A stretch of 64,000 nucleotides of DNA from Candidatus Aminicenantes bacterium (GTDB lineage Bacteria > Acidobacteriota > Aminicenantia > Aminicenantales > JAFGBC01). Position 1 is the first letter of the stretch. Each line of letters opens with the position of its first letter. Below are positions 62,612 through 64,000 of this stretch, piece after piece. The position numbers and the translations under genes are program-made. The stretch covers positions 3,616,001 to 3,680,000 of the forward strand of contig OY969696.1 in assembly GCA_963702005.1 (NCBI GenBank), given 5' to 3'. The notes beneath the pieces were generated by a model, which was not told where the DNA came from, made no database searches, and saw nothing but the letters and a program-made list of their open reading frames with translations.

Positions 62612-63124
62612 CTATTTTTGGTTTTTAAGTTGAGACAACAACCTGCCCATGCCGGAGAGGGGGGCTTGCCAGGTCGTTTGGAATTGACGGAGCGGATAGG
62701 CCAGCAGATAGCCGAGTTTGCCCAGGAGATCGTTGCGGGAGTTAAGCCGGGACAGCTCGGCGAACCGGTCGGCGCTCAGATAAATGCCCTCGACGACGCC
62801 GGCCTTGACGGTCAGCGTCTTGGCCTGGGCCGCGAATTCGCGGAGGATCCGGGCCAGCCCGATCGGATTGTGATCGGCGAAGGCGATCGCCGAAGGCCGG
62901 ACGAAGAACGGCTTAATGTCGGCCGGGATGGCGGCCGGCAGCGCCCGCAGGGCGATCCGGTTCTTGACGACCTTGTAGGTATAGGCGTTCTTCCTGAGCA
63001 GCTTGCGGAGCTCGACGGACTGGGCGACGGGCATCTTCTTGAATTCGAGCAGGAAGAAGGTATCGTTGGCCTTGAAGTGGCCGGCCAGATGATCGGCGGT
63101 TGCGAGCTTCGTTTCGCGCTTCAC
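62612..63124 (-). CDS. rplJ: 50S ribosomal protein L10
   Basis: VVKNRIA motif; position between rplA and rplL. Confidence 0.95.
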   Translation of the reverse strand: MKRETKLATADHLAGHFKANDTFFLLEFKKMPVAQSVELRKLLRKNAYTYKVVKNRIALRALPAAIPADIKPFFVRPSAIAFADHNPIGLARILREFAAQAKTLTVKAGVVEGIYLSADRFAELSRLNSRNDLLGKLGYLLAYPLRQFQTTWQAPLSGMGRLLSQLKNQK

Positions 63125-63831
63125 TTCGATTTCTCCTCTTTCTCCAGGACGGCCTCGGACAGCCGGAAGGACGGCCCCATCGTCGAGGACACCGACATCG
63201 ACCGGATGTACTTCCCCTTGGCGGCCGCCGGCTTGGCGTGAACGATGGCCTGAAGGAAGGAGTGGATGTTCTCGGCCAGCTTGTCCTCGCTGAACGAGAC
63301 CTTCCCGACCGGCGAGTGGACGATGCTCGTCTTGTCGACCCGGAACTCGATCTTGCCGGTCTTGGTCTCCTCGACGGCCTTCTTGACGTCGAAGGTGACC
63401 GTCCCGGCCTTGGGGTTGGGCATCAGGCCCTTGGTCCCCAGGATGCGGCCCAGCTTGCCGACCCCGCGCATGACGTCCGGGGTGGCGATGACGACGTCGA
63501 AGTCGATCCAGCCCCCGGCGATCTTTTCGATCATGTCGTCGCCGCCCGCGAAGTCGGCGCCGGCCTGCTCGGCCTCCTTGATCTTCTCGCCCGAGGCGAT
63601 GACGCAGATCTTTTTGGTCCGGCCCGTCCCGTGGGGAAGGACCATCGTCCCCCGGACCATCTGGTCGGAATACTTGGGGTTGACCCCGAGCCGGAGGGAG
63701 AGGTCGACCGATTCGTCGAACTTGACGTAGGCGGCCTTCTTAAGGAGGGCGACCGCCTCTTCGACGGAGTACTCCTTGTTCTCCTCCTTGAGGGTCCTGG
63801 CTTGGGTGTACTTCTTTCCTCGTTTAGTCAC
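63121..63831 (-). CDS. rplA: 50S ribosomal protein L1
   Basis: [17 protein letters not shown] and STMGP motifs. Confidence 0.99.
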   Translation of the reverse strand: MTKRGKKYTQARTLKEENKEYSVEEAVALLKKAAYVKFDESVDLSLRLGVNPKYSDQMVRGTMVLPHGTGRTKKICVIASGEKIKEAEQAGADFAGGDDMIEKIAGGWIDFDVVIATPDVMRGVGKLGRILGTKGLMPNPKAGTVTFDVKKAVEETKTGKIEFRVDKTSIVHSPVGKVSFSEDKLAENIHSFLQAIVHAKPAAAKGKYIRSMSVSSTMGPSFRLSEAVLEKEEKSK

Positions 63832-64000
63832 TGACGATCTCCAATCCCATGTTCTTGGCGGTCCCTTCGATGATCTTCCTGGCCGCCTCCAGGTCGTAGG
63901 CGTTGAGGTCGGCCAGCTTGAGGCGGGCGATCTCCTCCACCTGCTTGACGGTGACCTTCCCGACCTTGTCCTTGTTGGGGGCGCCCGATCCCTTGGCGAT
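63824..64000 (-). CDS. rplK: 50S ribosomal protein L11 (C-terminal part; continues beyond window)
   Basis: Read by hand: [17 protein letters not shown]...[28 protein letters not shown]. Confidence 0.96.
   Translation of the reverse strand: MAKGSGAPNKDKVGKVTVKQVEEIARLKLADLNAYDLEAARKIIEGTAKNMGLEIVSD

Overview
GC-rich bacterial chromosome segment. The RpoB Cys-rich insert, the variant EF-Tu effector loop, the 'SWKEIA' HTH domain and the 6-bladed propeller protein suggest Acidobacteriota, possibly Aminicenantia; this is inference, not a database result. The right half (34.0-64.0 kb, minus strand) is the conserved rplK-rplA-rplJ-rplL-rpoBC-str-S10-spc-alpha superoperon. The left half is accessory and metabolic. 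It holds a TauE/PaaK-like/B12-radical SAM trio, GH38 and GH2 mannosidases, a murein-peptide recycling cluster, a TetR-regulated YbhGFSR/TolC ABC efflux operon, LemA/TPM genes and a GT-C/TPR protein. Two loci stand out. (1) At 7.4-10.5 kb is a tight operon of a membrane-anchored HTH-TolB-TPR regulator, a 67-aa Cys-containing peptide and a radical SAM/SPASM enzyme split by a T9 frameshift, which is a candidate new RiPP system. (2) At 10.6-13.1 kb is a fused activator/double-cubane-cluster reductase gene. It is flanked on both sides by unannotated micro-ORFs that begin MRxW, end LILxxS-UGA and are followed by SECIS-like hairpins. The upstream micro-ORF sits in a leader whose anti-SD can pair with either of two identical SD sequences. 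This is a candidate selenocysteine-sensing or selenopeptide system. No rRNA, tRNA, CRISPR array or IS element was seen.
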